Source of the DNA: Mobula hypostoma
Lineage: Eukaryota
Direction: 5' to 3'
Assembly: GCF_963921235.1 (NCBI RefSeq)
Contig: NC_086097.1
Span: 38,256,001 to 38,320,000 of the forward strand
Length of the DNA: 64,000 bases
Shown here piece by piece: positions 27,346 through 42,419 of the stretch (the first letter of the stretch is position 1; the number at the start of each line of letters is the position of its first letter). The notes under the pieces were generated by a model. The model was not told the origin of the DNA, ran no database searches, and saw only the letters and a program-made list of their open reading frames with translations. The position numbers and the translations under genes are program-made.

Positions 27346-28248
27346 TTCAATTATGGCAGATTCCATTAAGTTTGTTTAAGCAAATGGCAAGTCTGTGTCT
27401 ACAGAAACGAAAGGAATAAATCATACAGGTATGTATCAAAATGTAAAGCTTCTGTAATTATGTAGAGTTCCTTATCCAAAGAAACTTCCTTTCTAAAATT
27501 TAGTCATTGTTCATAATAATATTGGTAAAATTACTTTTGAAGTTGGTGTTTTTGAAGAAATTGGGAATAGACTATTCTGCCCCTCAAGCCTCCTCTTCAG
27601 TTCAACACAATAATAACTGATCTTCATCTTCAGCATAATTTCCCTTCCCTGTCTCCATTATTACTTTCATATCCAAAAATCAATCAATCTCAGTTTTGAA
27701 TGAAAACTGCCCTTTGAGGTAGAGAATGCTGAAGATTCACCATGCTCTGTGTGAAGGAATATCTCTTTCAAGCACTCCTAAATAGCAGATCCCCTGGTTT
27801 TGATTCAGACCTATAGTACTGGATGACTCGGCAAGTAGAAAAATCTGCCCTGCTTCCATATCTGGTTTCAATGAGGTCACCACTCATTCTTACAAAGTTT
27901 AAAGAATAGAAGTCTAGCCTCCTTAACCTGTTCTCCTGCAGCCAACTGCCAGGAATCAACATAGCAAATATCCATTCTTTAGATTGTATACAGTGCTCTC
28001 CAGCTCCCTTTGTAATTGTAGAAAGGCGTTTTTACTCTAATCCTCTCGCATTTAAGGCCAATGTACTGTTTTCTGTTTGTCTGCTGCTCCTGCATGTTAG
28101 CTTTGTTAGGTCTCTATCCATGTCAACAATGAGCAACCTGTAACTAATTTTTAAGAAATCATTATTACTGACTTGTTCTTTCAAAAAAAACCTTGTATTT
28201 CCACATTACACTCCATAAGCTGTGTTGTTGTTCAATTGCTCATCTTGT

Positions 28249-29087
28249 CATAGTCATAGAAAAGAAACAGGCCCTTTGGCCCATCTCGTCAATGCCAAAC
28301 TATTTAATCTGTATACTCCCATCACCCTGCACCAGAACCATAGCCCTCATACCTCCACGTTCATGCACCTATCCAAACTTCTCTTAAACTTCGAAATTGA
28401 GCTCATGTGCCCCACTTACACTGGTAGCTCATTTCACACTCTCACAACCATCTGAGTGAAGAGAGTTCTCCTCATATTCCCCTTAAACATTTCACCTTTC
28501 ACCCTTAACCCATAATCTCTGGTTGTAGACCCCCCCCCCCAACCTCCGTGGAATAAGCCGACCTATGGCCCTCATTATTTTGTATACCTCTATCAAATCT
28601 CCTGTTAATCTTCTACATTCCAAGGAATAAAGTCCTCCCTACTCAATCTTTCCTTGCAACTCAGGTCCTCTAGACTCAGTAATATCCTGGTAAAGTTTCT
28701 CTGCACTCTTTCAGCAATATCTTGTACAACTTCAACATAACAACCCATCTGCTGTTACTCAGTGTTTTGACTTATGAAGGCCAATGTGCCAGAAGCTTTC
28801 TTTACACCATTTTCTACCTGTGATGCCATCTTCAAGGTATTATGGACCTGTATTCCCATATTCTTTCGTTCTACAGCAGTTCTCAGTGCCCTGCCCTTCA
28901 CTGTGTAAGATCTACCCTGGTTGGTCCTGTCAAAGTGCAACACCTCACACTTATCTGCATTAAATTCCATATGCCAGTGTTCTGTACATTTTTTTTTCCA
29001 GCTGGTCCAGATCCCTCTGCAAGTCATGATAGCATTCCTCGCTGTTCACTACGTCCTTAATCTTGGTGTCATCCACAAATTTGCAGA
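28249..29087 (-). mobile_element. CR1 3' fragment
   Basis: WHMEFNADKCEVLHF, KKASGTLAFI; tail catagtcatagaaaag. Confidence 0.85.
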
Positions 29088-30296
29088 GTTGTCTGTATCC
29101 TCTTGAAGCTGCTTTGTAATTTCATTATGATCTGAATTCCCATGTCATTTTAGATCACCAGAAAACTGAAAGCTTAATTTAATCTTCATCACATCCTTTA
29201 TTACAGATTCCAATTTATTCCCATCTAATGATGTCACTCTCAGATCAGTAGTTCCCTCTACTTTTTCTCTCCTGCTTTAGAGATTTGCATCTCATTTGCT
29301 ATCTTCCAATCTGCAAGATTCATTTGGAATCTGTGAAATTTTGAAAGATGCTAACTAGAGTTTTGCCAATTTCCATTGCAAGTCTTTGGAATGGAGATCT
29401 TTGAACCCTTGGGAGTTGTTTTCTGGGTCATTAGCTTCATTATTTTCTTTATTCATTTCTTTTTATTTCTTATCTTTTTGTCTTGCTTTCATGTTTGCAC
29501 TGTATCTTGGATATTCCTTTGTCTTTTTGAAGAAAGGCACAAAGTATTTATTTAGCTCCCCTGATATTTCCTTGCTCTCCATCTAAGTCTGTAAAGAACC
29601 CATATTTGTCCTCACTAGCTTTGTTTCTTTTTGCAATAGAAGCTTTTTTTTTTAACCAGCTGATATATTCCTTGTTGCTTTGCTCTCCTGTTTTATTTTC
29701 CTTTATTTTATCCCTTATTGAATTCTCTAACACTACCACTTAAAGATTAGTCATTCCTTAGCAGGCCATGCTATGATGACACCTGTTGAGAAGTCAGAAA
29801 GATCACATGCATCCATAAATCTAGAAAATTATTTTGGTTCCCTGATTTTTGTTTTTATCCAGTTATTCAACTGTTTAAAATCAAGGACAAGGTTAGGCAA
29901 TGCACTATCAATAAATATTTGGTCATAACATATATTAGCAACGGTCACCTCAATTTTGCAGTCAGCAGTAAATTTGGAGATTTGTGGGCAACTTTATTGT
30001 CTGTGTGATGTGAACATCCCTATCTTTGATGGACAATGTTGTTATTTAGTGCTGCAGATGGAATATCCATTTCACATTGCTTTCAAGTTGGCTGAGCACC
30101 AAATTTCATTTAAAGAAAATCTGACACAGCAATATGTTTCAATATTCTAAGCTGAAATATTATTCACTTATTTGTCATCACAAATTCTGTAATCTGCCAT
30201 CAAACATGCTTTTATTTAAAATGACTTGGCACTGGCTCTTACTACAGAAACAATCTGGAATAACAATTTCTGTGCATTTGTTACTGAAAGTTATAA

Positions 30297-30578
<282 letters not shown>

Positions 30579-31289
30579 TAATTTTGTGGTTTCTCTTGGA
30601 AACTGGAATTACAATATCTGAAAGTGACTGATATTTGTAGCTTCACTTGGAAGGTGAACTACAAAATTTAATTTACTACATTGAAATTTATTCCACCATG
30701 CATGCAACTTTCATGTGCAGAATTTCAGTAATGAAAGCTAAAGATGCACAAAGGGTCTACACGTATCTGAAAACACTTTAAAGTTTTGCATATGTGATGA
30801 TATTCTGATGAAGGATCAAACAATGTAACATGCTTTTTTTCCTCTCTGTGACAGATGCCAATAGGCTTTCAGTTTAGAAAAAATAGGGAATTGCTATTGA
30901 TGACACATGTTTAAAAGCAGTAGTCCCAAACTGGACAGCTGAGTTGGGAATGGTGGGGACTGAAAGAGGACCTATGGTTGCAGAAGTGATGATCTCGGTC
31001 TACTCAAGCCCCACAAAATTTTACTCAATAGTATATCTAGTTATTTCCAGTAAGTTGCTACCTAGACAAGCAGCCTGAATAACTGGTACAGGAAAAGCTC
31101 CAGAGGAGAGAACATCATGATTGCAGGTAGTGGACCAGTGCTGGATGGCTGAATCTCTAATGGCCTAGGGGTTGCAAAGATTGTGGCAAGAGAGGGATAG
31201 AAGAGAAGTGAGGGAGAAATGTGACTTGGGGGACCTAAAGAGGAAGTACTTTTCCTTCTATCTTTAATCTCTTTCACGCTGAAGAACTT

Positions 31290-31570
31290 GGCGCCACCGT
31301 TGCATAGTGGTTAGCATGGCGCTATTGCACCTCAAAGCGTCTGAGTTCAGAGTTCAATCCCAACATCCTCTGTCAGGGGTTTGTACATCTCCCCCCCCCC
31401 CCCCCACCTCCCCGGGACTATGTGGGTTTACCTCAGGTGCTCTGGTTTCTTCCCACAGTCCAACGATGTACTGGTTAGTACGTTGTTTGGTCATTGTAAA
31501 TTGTTCCAGGATTAGGCTAGTGTTAAATTGGAGGTTGCAGCTGGAAAGGCCCATTCCATACTGTATCTCT
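31290..31570 (+). mobile_element. tRNA-derived V-SINE (HE1-like)
   Basis: A-box-like tagtggttagc, B-box gttcaatccc, V-domain gtgggtttac..ggtgctctggtttcttcccacagtccaa. Confidence 0.75.
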
Positions 31571-32134
31571 AAATATGTAAACAAATAACTTGCAACACTT
31601 CAGCGACATAGATTTCTAAAGCCTGTAAGTCTATTTGGTCAGAGTTAAACCTGAAAGACTGAAGTGTGACATGCAACTTCACAGTATCGAAATGACCAAG
31701 TCAGCTGCAAGATGTAGGTTGCAGGTTTGGGGCCTCCATCCCATATACAGTTTGGGGCCTTACTGCGAACACTCATCTGCATTGCTTCACTGACTACATT
31801 CAACAATGTTGTTCTTTTTTAAATTTTACTCTGTCCCCTGTGTTTCTGCATTCTGTCTCCAGTTTCATGTGGGGGGAGAAAAACAAAAATTGTGTTGTTT
31901 GCATAGTTCTAATCAGCTAAATAATAAGCCTTGCCGTTGTTAAATTAGCTGTTTTTTTTACTGTTCACTACTAAGTTTAATGCCCCAACAATAGCAATAT
32001 ATGACTGTTGCTGTTTATTGTAGTATTTGTAAATGCACATTAATGAAATGTCAAAGTACCTTCTCTGAAATTCTATGAATAAAGACAATGTTGTTTTTTT
32101 AACTTCATAGGTGTAACAAACTAACAATATTTAA

Positions 32135-32335
<201 letters not shown>

Positions 32336-33324
32336 TGAATGAGACAGCTCCTAGATTATGTAAGTGTATATCTTGAGGTTAAGTTAATGTATATATATTT
32401 TTAAAGTACTTGCTGTTCACAAATCTTGCATCTTAAATTGAAGGTATTAGTAAATTTATTCCAAAAGATCTTGACCATGAATTTTGTAGAATTTGTTAAT
32501 AAATAATTCTCCCCTTTAAAAACCTTTTCTAACTTGGAAGAGGTCAGAGAATTAACTCCTGAGCCCTCTTCCATCACCCTCATTATCCTTCAATTGCAGT
32601 TCAAACAATTCAGTCAGTTTTATTACCTGCATGATGTGAAATTTGCTTTGCAGCTGTGGTACAAGTGCAGACAATAAAATCTAAAAATCACTACAACACT
32701 GCAAACAAAAAGAGCATAATGTGGCAATGTTCATGGGTTCATGAACTGTCCAGAAATCTAATGGTGGAGGAAAGGAAGTTATTCTTAAATCTGAGTATGG
32801 ATCTCCTGGCTCCTCAACCACCTTCATGATGGTAGTGATGAGAAGAGGGCATGTCCTGGGTGAAGAGTGTCTTAATGATGGACATCGCCTTCAGGTATTG
32901 AAGATGTCCTCTGGTGGAGAGGCTGTGTTGAGAAGAGTGAGTCTGGCACCCTATGCAGCCTTTTGCAATCCTGTGTATTGGAACCTGTTGTGAGTCCATT
33001 TGTAAGTCTGTGGTAAGAAAAATTATAGCTATTTTTCTATGAATCTTTCTGTTGGCTTACCAAAATATTTTCTTTCATGTAGTAGACTTTTTTTTGCAAG
33101 TACCTAAGCAGTTAGGCAAGGAAGAGTTAATAAGATGAGGTGATTGTCCTTTACTAGAGTTTAATTCAGGAGAGTGAAATAACGAAGTAAACAAAAATGT
33201 GCTTATCACCAGCAAAATGAATTCCAGATTGTGTAGTGTTAATTCATTTTTGGTTTCCCAATGTTTAAACCACGTACTCCAAGTAGACAAAGACTATCAG
33301 GTTACCAATGGAGTTAGTTCTAGT

Positions 33325-35850
33325 TTTGAAGACCTTGACAATTAACCCCTTTGAAGAGGTTCTTCGCCTCCCTCCCAAAGAGAACCAGGATGGGTTTAAT
33401 GGGTAAGATCAAGAGATTCTGAAGCCGATTAGCCACAAGTGTAAGGTGTTCCCGGAGATCAGAAACCTCCAACATGTCGCAAGGGAAAATTAACAGCTCT
33501 ACACATAAATGAATGCCGAGCTGCAACAGAAAATCTATGAACTGAAGAACAAATGATGGGTGAAGAGTGCAAGTGGTCACACAGGTCACCAACACCATGA
33601 CGTACAGATTCTTCTGTGCTGTTGATGTCATCCATGGTCCTATTTTACTGAGATGTGAGAACAGGTAAGCCTGTTAGGTACAGAGGCAGTTAGCACTTGC
33701 TGGAAGGAATGCCTGGAAAATCTCCCTCAACAAACTATCTGGTTCAGTCTTGCCACTCTTCCTGACCAACAGGAAGTTGAGAAAACCAGTTACAAAATAA
33801 GGCCGGAGGGACAGATAATATCCTTGATGAGGGTTTTAAAATTTGGCAGTAAGGGAGCCAAATTTATAACCTTGTTTCCCACATTTAGGATATGCTGGAG
33901 GATATCTAAAGTACTGTAGTCATGATTATCTTCAAGAAAATTAAGTATGATAGCTACAGTGGAGTTTTCCTGATGTTGGTACAGGAAAATTCATTGACTG
34001 GGTTTTGTGTGGGACTGAAGAGGGAGGGAGGAGAAGATGGCGGCGCGACACAGCACGTACAGCCGTTCCGAATGAATATCGATATGTGTAACTAGGGGCC
34101 ATGCATCAATCCGGATTTGATGGGGATAGCCGTGAAGCGCAGAGGAACATCTGGAGAAACTTCTGAAATGCCTGCTTCACTGCCGCTGCTACTGTGCGAT
34201 CGAGAATCTCCGGAGATGAAGGCCCCAAATCCTCGGCTTTGCGTATCGCCTGTTGCCGGGGCCAGGGTCAAAGCGCTTGGCAGAGATGGCGCTTGGTGCA
34301 TCAGTGTCGAATAGGTGGTCGGAGGCTTGGAGTTTTTCGGACGGACTCGGAGTTGGACTGTGGTCGGATGCTTCCGGGATGCTGCATCAGCAAGTTAGCA
34401 GCGCTGGAGGTTTACCGTCTGCGTGAGATGATGGGACTTTCGAGAGACTCTGAGACTTTTACTGTGCCATGGTCTGTTCTTATCAAATTACGGTATTGCT
34501 TTGCACTGTTGTTACTATATGTTATAATTATGTGGTTTTTGTTAGTTTTTAAGTCGGTTTGTCATGTTTTCATGATATTATTCTGGAAAAACATTTTCAT
34601 CATTTCTTAAATGCATGCATTACTAAATGACAATAAAGGGGACTACATGTCCTCATAATCATAAGAGCTGTTTCCTCTCGAGACTGGATGGAGATGATCT
34701 ATATTATATGACTGCAAGGAATGAAATGGAAGAAACAATGCCAACCCACTGTTCATAGCCTTGTTTCCCAAAATTGAATGGGATTCTGGGTTATCTGAAA
34801 ATTTTGGCTGTCTGCAAAAATTTGTCCCTATCTTGTGTTTTTTTTTAATGATGACACACCCATGATCCTAATCAGCAGACAGGCAGATTCAATCTCACTG
34901 CAGACTGGTGTTGAAACATCTTAATGCTTCTGCTGTCTTTGTCACCATAGTGCTGTATCTCACTTCCCTGATCTTCCCATAGGATTGGAAATAACCTACA
35001 GAACTAAGTAGAAACTGTACAGTCTCAGTCACTTCCAGTCCAAAGGCCAGGACACCTCAGTCTCCATGGTCAAGCTGTCCAATGTAATTAGAAGCTGACT
35101 CTCCTGTCAATGTCAACTCATACAGTGAAACTTATGGGATGATTAGCCTTGCATTTAACATCTACCAACCTGCTGTTCAACACCACCCTCTGACCACAGA
35201 AAACATGTTCCATTTCCTTTATCTCAGGAGCCCCCTCAGTGAGGGTAGATAGTGATGCATTTCATTATTGCCTTATAGTATTAGCATGGCACTAATTGAG
35301 ATCAAGACTTCCTTAAGTTTCAAAAAAATGGTCCAATTCAATCCAGAAAAATTACTGTCAGAGTAAATGATCAAGACTTAAAAACTGGAATAAATATCAT
35401 TGCCTATCAGGTAATGGTGGCAACCCCTGTGTTTGAGACATGGATTATTTGCAGCAGACACCTCACAACACTGCAGTGATGCCATCAGTGCTATTTCCAG
35501 AAAATGAACCGATCTACTGGCAGGATAAGTAAACCAATATCAGCATTCCCTCAGCCACAATTGCACTTGGGTTTTGTTAAGTAACCCTGTTGCATTTGTG
35601 TGCCTAACACCACCCCCCATAAGAGACTACTTCTCCCATGACGGAGTTCCACAGAGACCTCACCTGACAGATTGAGGAAAAGAATCATAAACTTTCTTAA
35701 AACTATCTTGGCAATATCTTCACAAACTCTTGGAAATTTCTAGCTTCTGAGCATTTAGCGGAAAAGGAGCATTTAATGTGGCACTGAGAGCCTAGAGTCT
35801 GTACAACAGAAGTGCAGAAGCTTGGGAGAAATGGCAGAAGGTGGCAAGTT
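33325..35850 (+). mobile_element. Highly decayed RTE-clade LINE, interrupted by 34022-34662
   Basis: Scattered RTE-like remnants (QDGF..QEIL, AELQQKIYELKNK*WVK, IIFKK, GCLQKFV, FLYLRS). Confidence 0.55.
34022..34662 (+). mobile_element. CpG-rich non-autonomous retroelement with AAGATGGCGGC head and LINE-type tail
   Basis: AAGATGGCGGC at 34034-44; many intact CpGs; ends gacaataaa...cataatcataa. Confidence 0.7.
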
Positions 35851-36098
35851 ACCTACTTATCCACTTCACCAATTTACCACCCACCTGTAGTGGGCAATCT
35901 ATGGATCCTGCATTGACCTCATCAGTCCCCTCAGAATTGCAAGTTATCATCGATCCCGAGGATCGACATAAGAGAGAGAAATTCGGATTTGGTTTAATGG
36001 AGTTGTACTGACTGCAATTGTTTCTCCCTGGACTGTAGAATTTAAGTGGATCTGTAATAAGTAAATTTGTAGTTAATGAGACTGAGTTCAGCATGTCA

Positions 36099-36835
36099 AT
36101 TTTTTAATGTAAGTCTCTACAATGCAACAACAAAAAAACAGTAAAAATAGTTTTATACAGTGCAAAACAAACATAACAAATGTACAGTTCATAACAATTA
36201 AGGAAAGCACCCATAGTAGAATTGTATAAAGTTAGTTACCACCCCATCCTCCCACTACCCAACTCCAAGCCAACCTTATGATATATAGAAAAGTTCATCA
36301 GAACTTTTATCATCACAGAGCTGTATTTATAAAAAGGTATATTGCCTACTACCTGAGCTATAATGTGTTTACACATTAAAAAACCAGTAAGTCTTAACCG
36401 AAAGAAGCTTGAAGTAAGGGATTTTAATGCAAAAGAAAAAAAAAGGATGGATAAACCCTTAATCTAAACAGGAATTATGAAAATATTCAAGAAAAGGTCC
36501 CGACACCTTTTGGAAATTTTATGTCCGAATTAAGAAGTGAATAATGAATCTTTTCGAAGCAGGACATAATGTCTCTGAGCCATTGAGCATGAGTGGGTGG
36601 GGCAACATCTCTCCACTTAAGAAGGACTGCAAGTCTGGCCAAAGGAGAGGCAAAAGACAATGTACAACGTTTAGTTGGATTCAGGATGCGTGTCAACTTT
36701 TCTCGAGGTGCTGAAAAGAGCAATCGGAGGGTTAGGTTCCAAATAGCAATTAAGTATATGGGATAAAGTTTAAAAAGACATCTCTCCAGAATTTCTCCAA
36801 GCTAGGACAAGCCCAGTACATATGAATAAGGGAAT
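36099..36835 (-). mobile_element. Older L1-clade 3' fragment
   Basis: LIHMYWACPSLEKFWRDVF and LLKWRDVAPPTHAQWLRDIMSC; A-rich tail. Confidence 0.8.
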
Positions 36836-37731
36836 TTTTTCCCATGAGTAACAGTGAGTTTCTGTTCTTTCATATTTTGTGAAATGTAGTTACTTATAGT
36901 GATTAAAAATAATTTGCATGATGTAGCCCAAATGTTTACACTATGTGGACAAGTGAATAGTTCTTATGAATTAATACTACTTGACATACAATGTTACTTG
37001 TTTTGGAGACCTTGATGTGACTCTAGAGTGTATGTTTTTGGTTTCTCACCAGAATTCTGAAAGACCGTATGAAAATCTCTGTTATACTTTGAATGCTTGT
37101 TTTGTTGCTGTGCTGGACAATCATATTGCAGTGTGAGCTTTTCATGAAACTTGTTTGAATTGGCATACCTGAATTATTTTTTTCATAATATCTAATTAGC
37201 TACTAATTTCTCCACAAGGGAAGTAATTTATTTTGGACTTCAGGTTGAGAAATCTTGGTCATTTACTATGACTGATATAGTTAATACTTTATGAAATATT
37301 TGCAAATTACTTGCATTAGCCAAGAAATGTAGATCAACTGCTGTATTTACAGTGATTTATGCATTTGAAGTGTGCTTCTTTCCAGAGTGGAGCACAATTG
37401 AGACCAGTTTTACATTGATTTGAACCACTTCAAAAACTTGAGGGAGTCCTGATCTTTCAAGTCCTACTCTTATCCCAACCATTACTTCATCAATAGCCAA
37501 CCCCAAACTCCCACCAACACACCCCAGATAATAAGTGTGTTTCCATTGGAGAAAATGAGGTAAGGTTAGAATGGGAAAATCAGGAAGGTGCAGATATAAG
37601 CTCTTGTTTCCATCTGTCTTCACTGCAGAGGAAATGGAGTGAAGACATTAAAAAAAACCGAGTGAATCAGGGATTTTATAATAAAGTAATCAATATCACT
37701 TAAGAGACAGTACTAGAGAAATCAGGAAACA

Positions 37732-37777
37732 TGACCTACCCAAAACTCCGGATTCCTGACCTACCCAAAACTCCGGA
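37732..37777. repeat. 21-bp direct duplication
   Basis: TGACCTACCCAAAACTCCGGA at 37732-52 and 37757-77, separated by ttcc. Confidence 0.9.
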
Positions 37778-39904
37778 CCAGAAGAGCCATGTTCATGTTT
37801 CTAAAAGGAAGATGTGGGAGGATGATTGCTTTAATGATGTCCTTAAATGCTCCGGCTTCCGAAACAGAATCAGTAACAGGTTTATTATCAGTGACATGTC
37901 ATGAAATTTGCTATTTTGTGGCAGCAGTACAATGTAAGAGATTTAAAAAAAAAACTAAGTTATGATTTAAAAAAAAATAAATAGTGCAGAAGGAATTGGG
38001 TAGTGTTCATGGGTCTATGGACCTTTCAGAAATCTGATTGCTGAAAGGAAGCTGTTCCTAAAACATTTGAGTGTGGTTCTCCAAGCTCCTGTACCTTCTC
38101 CCTGGTGGTAGTAGGTTTTCAGACTCCTATACCTTTTCACTAGTGGTAATGAGAAGAGGGCATGCCATGGTTAGTGAGGGTCTTAAATATAGAATACTAC
38201 CTTCAGAAGACTTTATTAATGGTGCGGAGGCTTGTGTCCATAATTTTGCTGGCTGAGTCCACAACCCTCTGAGGCCTCTTTTGATCTTGAGCTTTGGTTC
38301 TTTACCAGCCTGTAATACAACCATCCAGAAAGGCACTATACAGCTGAAGAAATTTGCTGGTCCTTGGTATCATACCTAATCTCCTCAAATTTCCAGTGAA
38401 GCATAGCCACTGGTGAAGTTAACAAATGTAACAATGTATTAAAGAACAGGAAGATCAAAAATGTGGAACTAAAGTCAAGTTATCTTTACATCTGTTGGCA
38501 CAATGCAGGAGTCCATTATTAATGTGTGATAACAGGACACTTAGTTAATAACGTGCCAGGCAATCAACATACTTAGAATATGTTAAGGGAAGTTAGTTTT
38601 ACAAATTGTTATTTATACAAATAACATATTTTGAGAACATAATTTGGATCTGGATTTTCAGAAGGCAATTGCTGTGTTTTCCCACACAAAGTTGTGTAAA
38701 TTACTATATTGGATTGTATAGGCACTTTTTTTTTGCCCTTGAAACTCTTTAAAATAAGGAAATACTGTAGTCATTTTGGTCACTTGGAGCAGCCATAAGC
38801 TGTAAGCTATTAACAATTGATATTAATGATTTTGAAAAAGCAATGTAATGTATCCAGCTTTGCTGATCCAAGCCAAGTGCACTGTGATATGGATACAGGG
38901 AGTCTGGATGCAGATTTAGTTGTGCTAAATTATGGACAAGGTGACAGAACAGGAGCAACTACAGCAACAATCTAGAACATAGAGCAGTGCAACACAGAAC
39001 AGGCAATTTAACCCACAATGGTGTGCTGACCTTTTAACTTGCTCTAAGATCAATCTGATCCTTCATCCCCACGTAGCCCTCCAATTTTTCACTCATCCAT
39101 GTGACTGTTTGAGTCTCTTGGGTATCCTCAATATATCTGCCTCTACTACTACTGCTGGTAGTGTGTTTCATGCAGCTACTATTTTTTAAGACAAAACTTT
39201 AACTCCGACATATCCCCTATACTTTCCATCCATCACCTTAAAATTATGCCCCCTCCTATTACCAATTTCAGCCCTGGGAAAATGTCTTTGTCCACTTGAT
39301 CTGTGCCTCTAATCTGCTGGAAGAATGCAGTGGCTTGAGCAGCTTCTGTGAGAGAAAAGGAAATACTAACGTTTCAGCTCGAAACCCTGCTTCAGGACAA
39401 ATGCAGGGATATTGTGACACTGTGCAACTTAGTAAGAAGAACAAAAGCAATATTAAGTAAAGACTAGTAAATTCATGTGTAGAAACTGTCCTTGTTGTCC
39501 AAGCTGGCCCGCCAGATCCATGCAAACTTGTTTTTATCATCTACATTAATACCGTTTGCCTGAATAAAATCTGTATCTTTTAATGCCTTAGTATTTAATT
39601 GTCTGTCTAAATAGCGCTCAAACAATAATTTCATGAGATTTTACCACCACTCTGTTACCATGGTCCAGACATCAACCACTCTGTTTTAAAACAAAAACTT
39701 GCTGCGTCTCTTTAGAACTCCTTCCTCTTTATGCAGTTTTTGTTTGTAGTACTCTGACCACGGGGTGAAAGACTATTTAACCCATCCATGCCTCTTACGA
39801 TTTGAAATACCTTATCAGGGGAAAAGAAATCAAGCCTGTCCAATCTCTCTTCCTAAGTGAAGACTTCCAGTTCTAGTAAGACCCTGCTGAACCTCCTATG
39901 CACT

Positions 39905-40880
39905 CTCCAAAGTAAATTTTTTATTGGAGTACTGTACATGTATGTCACCATTTTCTTGCGGACATTCAAAGTAAATACAAAGAAACTAAAAACGAGCATA
40001 ATAATATGCAATAAATATTGAGCACATGAGATGAAGAGTCCTTGAAAGTGAGTCCATAGTTGGTGGGGGCAATAACTGTTCCTTAACATGATGATGTGGG
40101 TCCTGAAGCTTCTGTGCCAACTTCCTGATGGCAGCAGTTAGAAGAGAGCATGGCCTGGATGGTGGGGATTCTTGATGGTAGATGCTGCTTTCCTGCTACA
40201 GCACTCCATGTAGATGTGTTCAGTGGTGGAGAGGACATTGCCCATGATAGACTGGGGCATATCCACTACTTTTTGTAGGCATTTCTGTTCAAGGTCAGTA
40301 GTGTTTCCATAACAGGCCGAGATACAAGCAGTCAATATACCCTCCACCGCACATCTGTAGAGGTTTGTCAAAATTTTAGATGACATACTGAACCTTCACA
40401 AATTCCTAAGGAAGTAGAGGTGCTGCCATGCTTCCTTCATAATGATAGGGCCCAGGGCAGGTCCTCTGAAAGGATAATGCCGAGGAATTTAAAATTGCTG
40501 ACCCTCTCCACCTCTGATCCCCTGATGAGGACTGGCTCATGGGCCGCCAGTTTCATCCTGAAGTCAATAATCAGCTTCTTGGTCTTGCTGACATTGAATG
40601 AGAGGCTGTTGTTGTGGCACCACTCAGCCAGATTTCAAATCTCCCACCTACATACTGACTAATCACCACCTTTGATTTGGCCAATGACAATGATGTCATC
40701 AGCAAACTTAAATCTGGTATTGGAGCTGTGCTTGGCCACACAGTCATAAGTATAAAGTAGAGCAGGGGGCTAAGCACACAGCCTGGTGGTACACCTGTGC
40801 TGAGGGAGATTGTGGAGGGGATGTTGTTTCCAATCCAAGGTGACTAGGATCTGCAAGTGAGGAAATCAAGGACTGCAATA
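39905..40880 (-). mobile_element. Rex1/Babar-type LINE 3' fragment (related fragments at about 32600-33000, 37860-38420, 44690-45560 on -, and 49810-50130 on +)
   Basis: LTNLYRCAVEGILTACISACYG...KNPHHPGHALF; KFADD. Confidence 0.8.
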
Positions 40881-40956
40881 GCCTTCCGGAGCTTGTACCT
40901 GAATCCCTTTTACTTGGTCATCAGAGCTGAATGCCACTGATCTGGCATTCAGGTCT

Positions 40957-41450
40957 CTACCTAATAAAGTGACCACTGGGTGTATGTTTGTGGTCTTCTG
41001 CTGCTGTAGCCCATCCATTTCAAGAATTGATGTGTACATTCAGAGATGCTCTTCAGCACACCACTCTGGTAACACGTGGTTATTTGAGTTACTGTCCCTT
41101 TCCTGTCAGCTTGAACCAGTCTGGCCATCCTCCTTTGACCACCACAAGGCATTTTCACAACAGCTGCTGCTCGCTGGATGTGTTTTTGTTTTTCACAGCA
41201 TTGCTATAAATGCTAGAGACTGTTCTGCGTGAAAACCCCAGGAGATCAGCAGTTTCTGCGATATTCAGACTACCCTATCTGGCACAAACAATCGTTCAGC
41301 GGTCAAAGTCACTTAGGTCATATTTGTTCCCCATTCTGGTGTTTGGCCTGAACAACAACTGAATCTCTTGGCCATGTCTGCATGCTACTGTACATGATTG
41401 GCTAATTAGATATTTGCATTAATGAGCTGGTGTACCTAATAAAGTGGCCA
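40957..41450 (-). mobile_element. Tc1/mariner deletion derivative
   Basis: RRMARLVQADRKGTVTQITT..SISE..MGYSSRRP (Tc3-type HTH); TIR motif tacctaataaagtg(g/a)cca at both ends as direct copies. Confidence 0.8.
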
Positions 41451-42124
41451 TCCACACCACCAATCAGTGTAGCATCTGCACACTTACTTATCATGAGTTC
41501 TACATTCATGACCAAGTTAATATACTGTATATATTGCAGACTCCAAAGGTCCCAGCACTGATTGGTACTCTGTGACCAATAGTGTATGAAATGCTCTGGT
41601 TCCATATTATAGCTATCAGAAACGTAAACATCCATCACTGCCATCTCCCTCCTATTCCCAAGGCAGTTTTGTTTCCACTTAGCTCATGTTGCTTGGATCT
41701 TTTGTGCATTAACCTTTTTGTACCAGCCTACCATATGGGACCTTCTCAAGTGCCTAAGTAAAAACCATATAAACAATATCTACCACTCTGACTTCTTCAA
41801 TCTTCTTAGTGACCTCCTCAGAAAAAAATCTCTTTTGAATCAGTGAGGCAATATTTCCCTGCACCAAACCATGTTACTTATTCCTGAGCAGCCCTGCCTT
41901 TCCAAATGAACATAAATGCTATCACTTAGAATTGCCTACAATAATTTCCCTGCCACTATGTTTTTTTTAAAAAAAAGGAGCAGCACTAGTTATCCTTCAG
42001 TCTTCTGGTACCTCACCTCTGGCTAATGAAGATGCAAAAGTCTTTAAGGTCATTGTCTACTGAAGTATCTGTGTTCAACGAGGATGGCCAAAAACAATTG
42101 AAAGTAGAGTAGTTATCAGGAATA

Positions 42125-42419
42125 GGTGTGGCCAAGTGGTTAAGGCATTTGTCTAGTGATTTGAAGGTCGCTAGTTCGAGCCTTGGTGAGGCAGTATGTG
42201 TGTCCTTGAGCAAGGCACTTAACCACACATTGCTCTGCAGTGACACCGGTGCCAAGCTGTATGGGTCCTAATGCCCTTCCCCTGGACAACATCAGTGGCC
42301 TGGAGAGGGGAGACTTGCAGCATAGGCAACTGCTGGTCTTCCATACAACCTTGCCCAGGCCTGCGCCCTGGAAACCTTCCAAGGCGCAAATCCGTGGTCT
42401 CATGGGACTAACAGATGCC
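42125..42419 (+). mobile_element. Full-length tRNA-derived SINE
   Basis: A box TGGCCAAGTGG, B box GTTCGAGCC, central gtgtccttgagcaaggcacttaac; TSD TATC(A/G)GGAATA (42114-24, 42420-30). Confidence 0.9.

Noticed and set aside
33320..33631. Novel 103-aa minus-strand protein
   Set aside because: Antisense shadow of a decayed RTE ORF on the + strand.
37732..37777. CRISPR-like repeat
   Set aside because: Only two units with a 4-nt gap in eukaryotic TE-derived DNA; a simple local duplication.
42125..42200. tRNA gene
   Set aside because: The A/B boxes run into a SINE body that has a TSD and a second copy; no complete cloverleaf or terminator.
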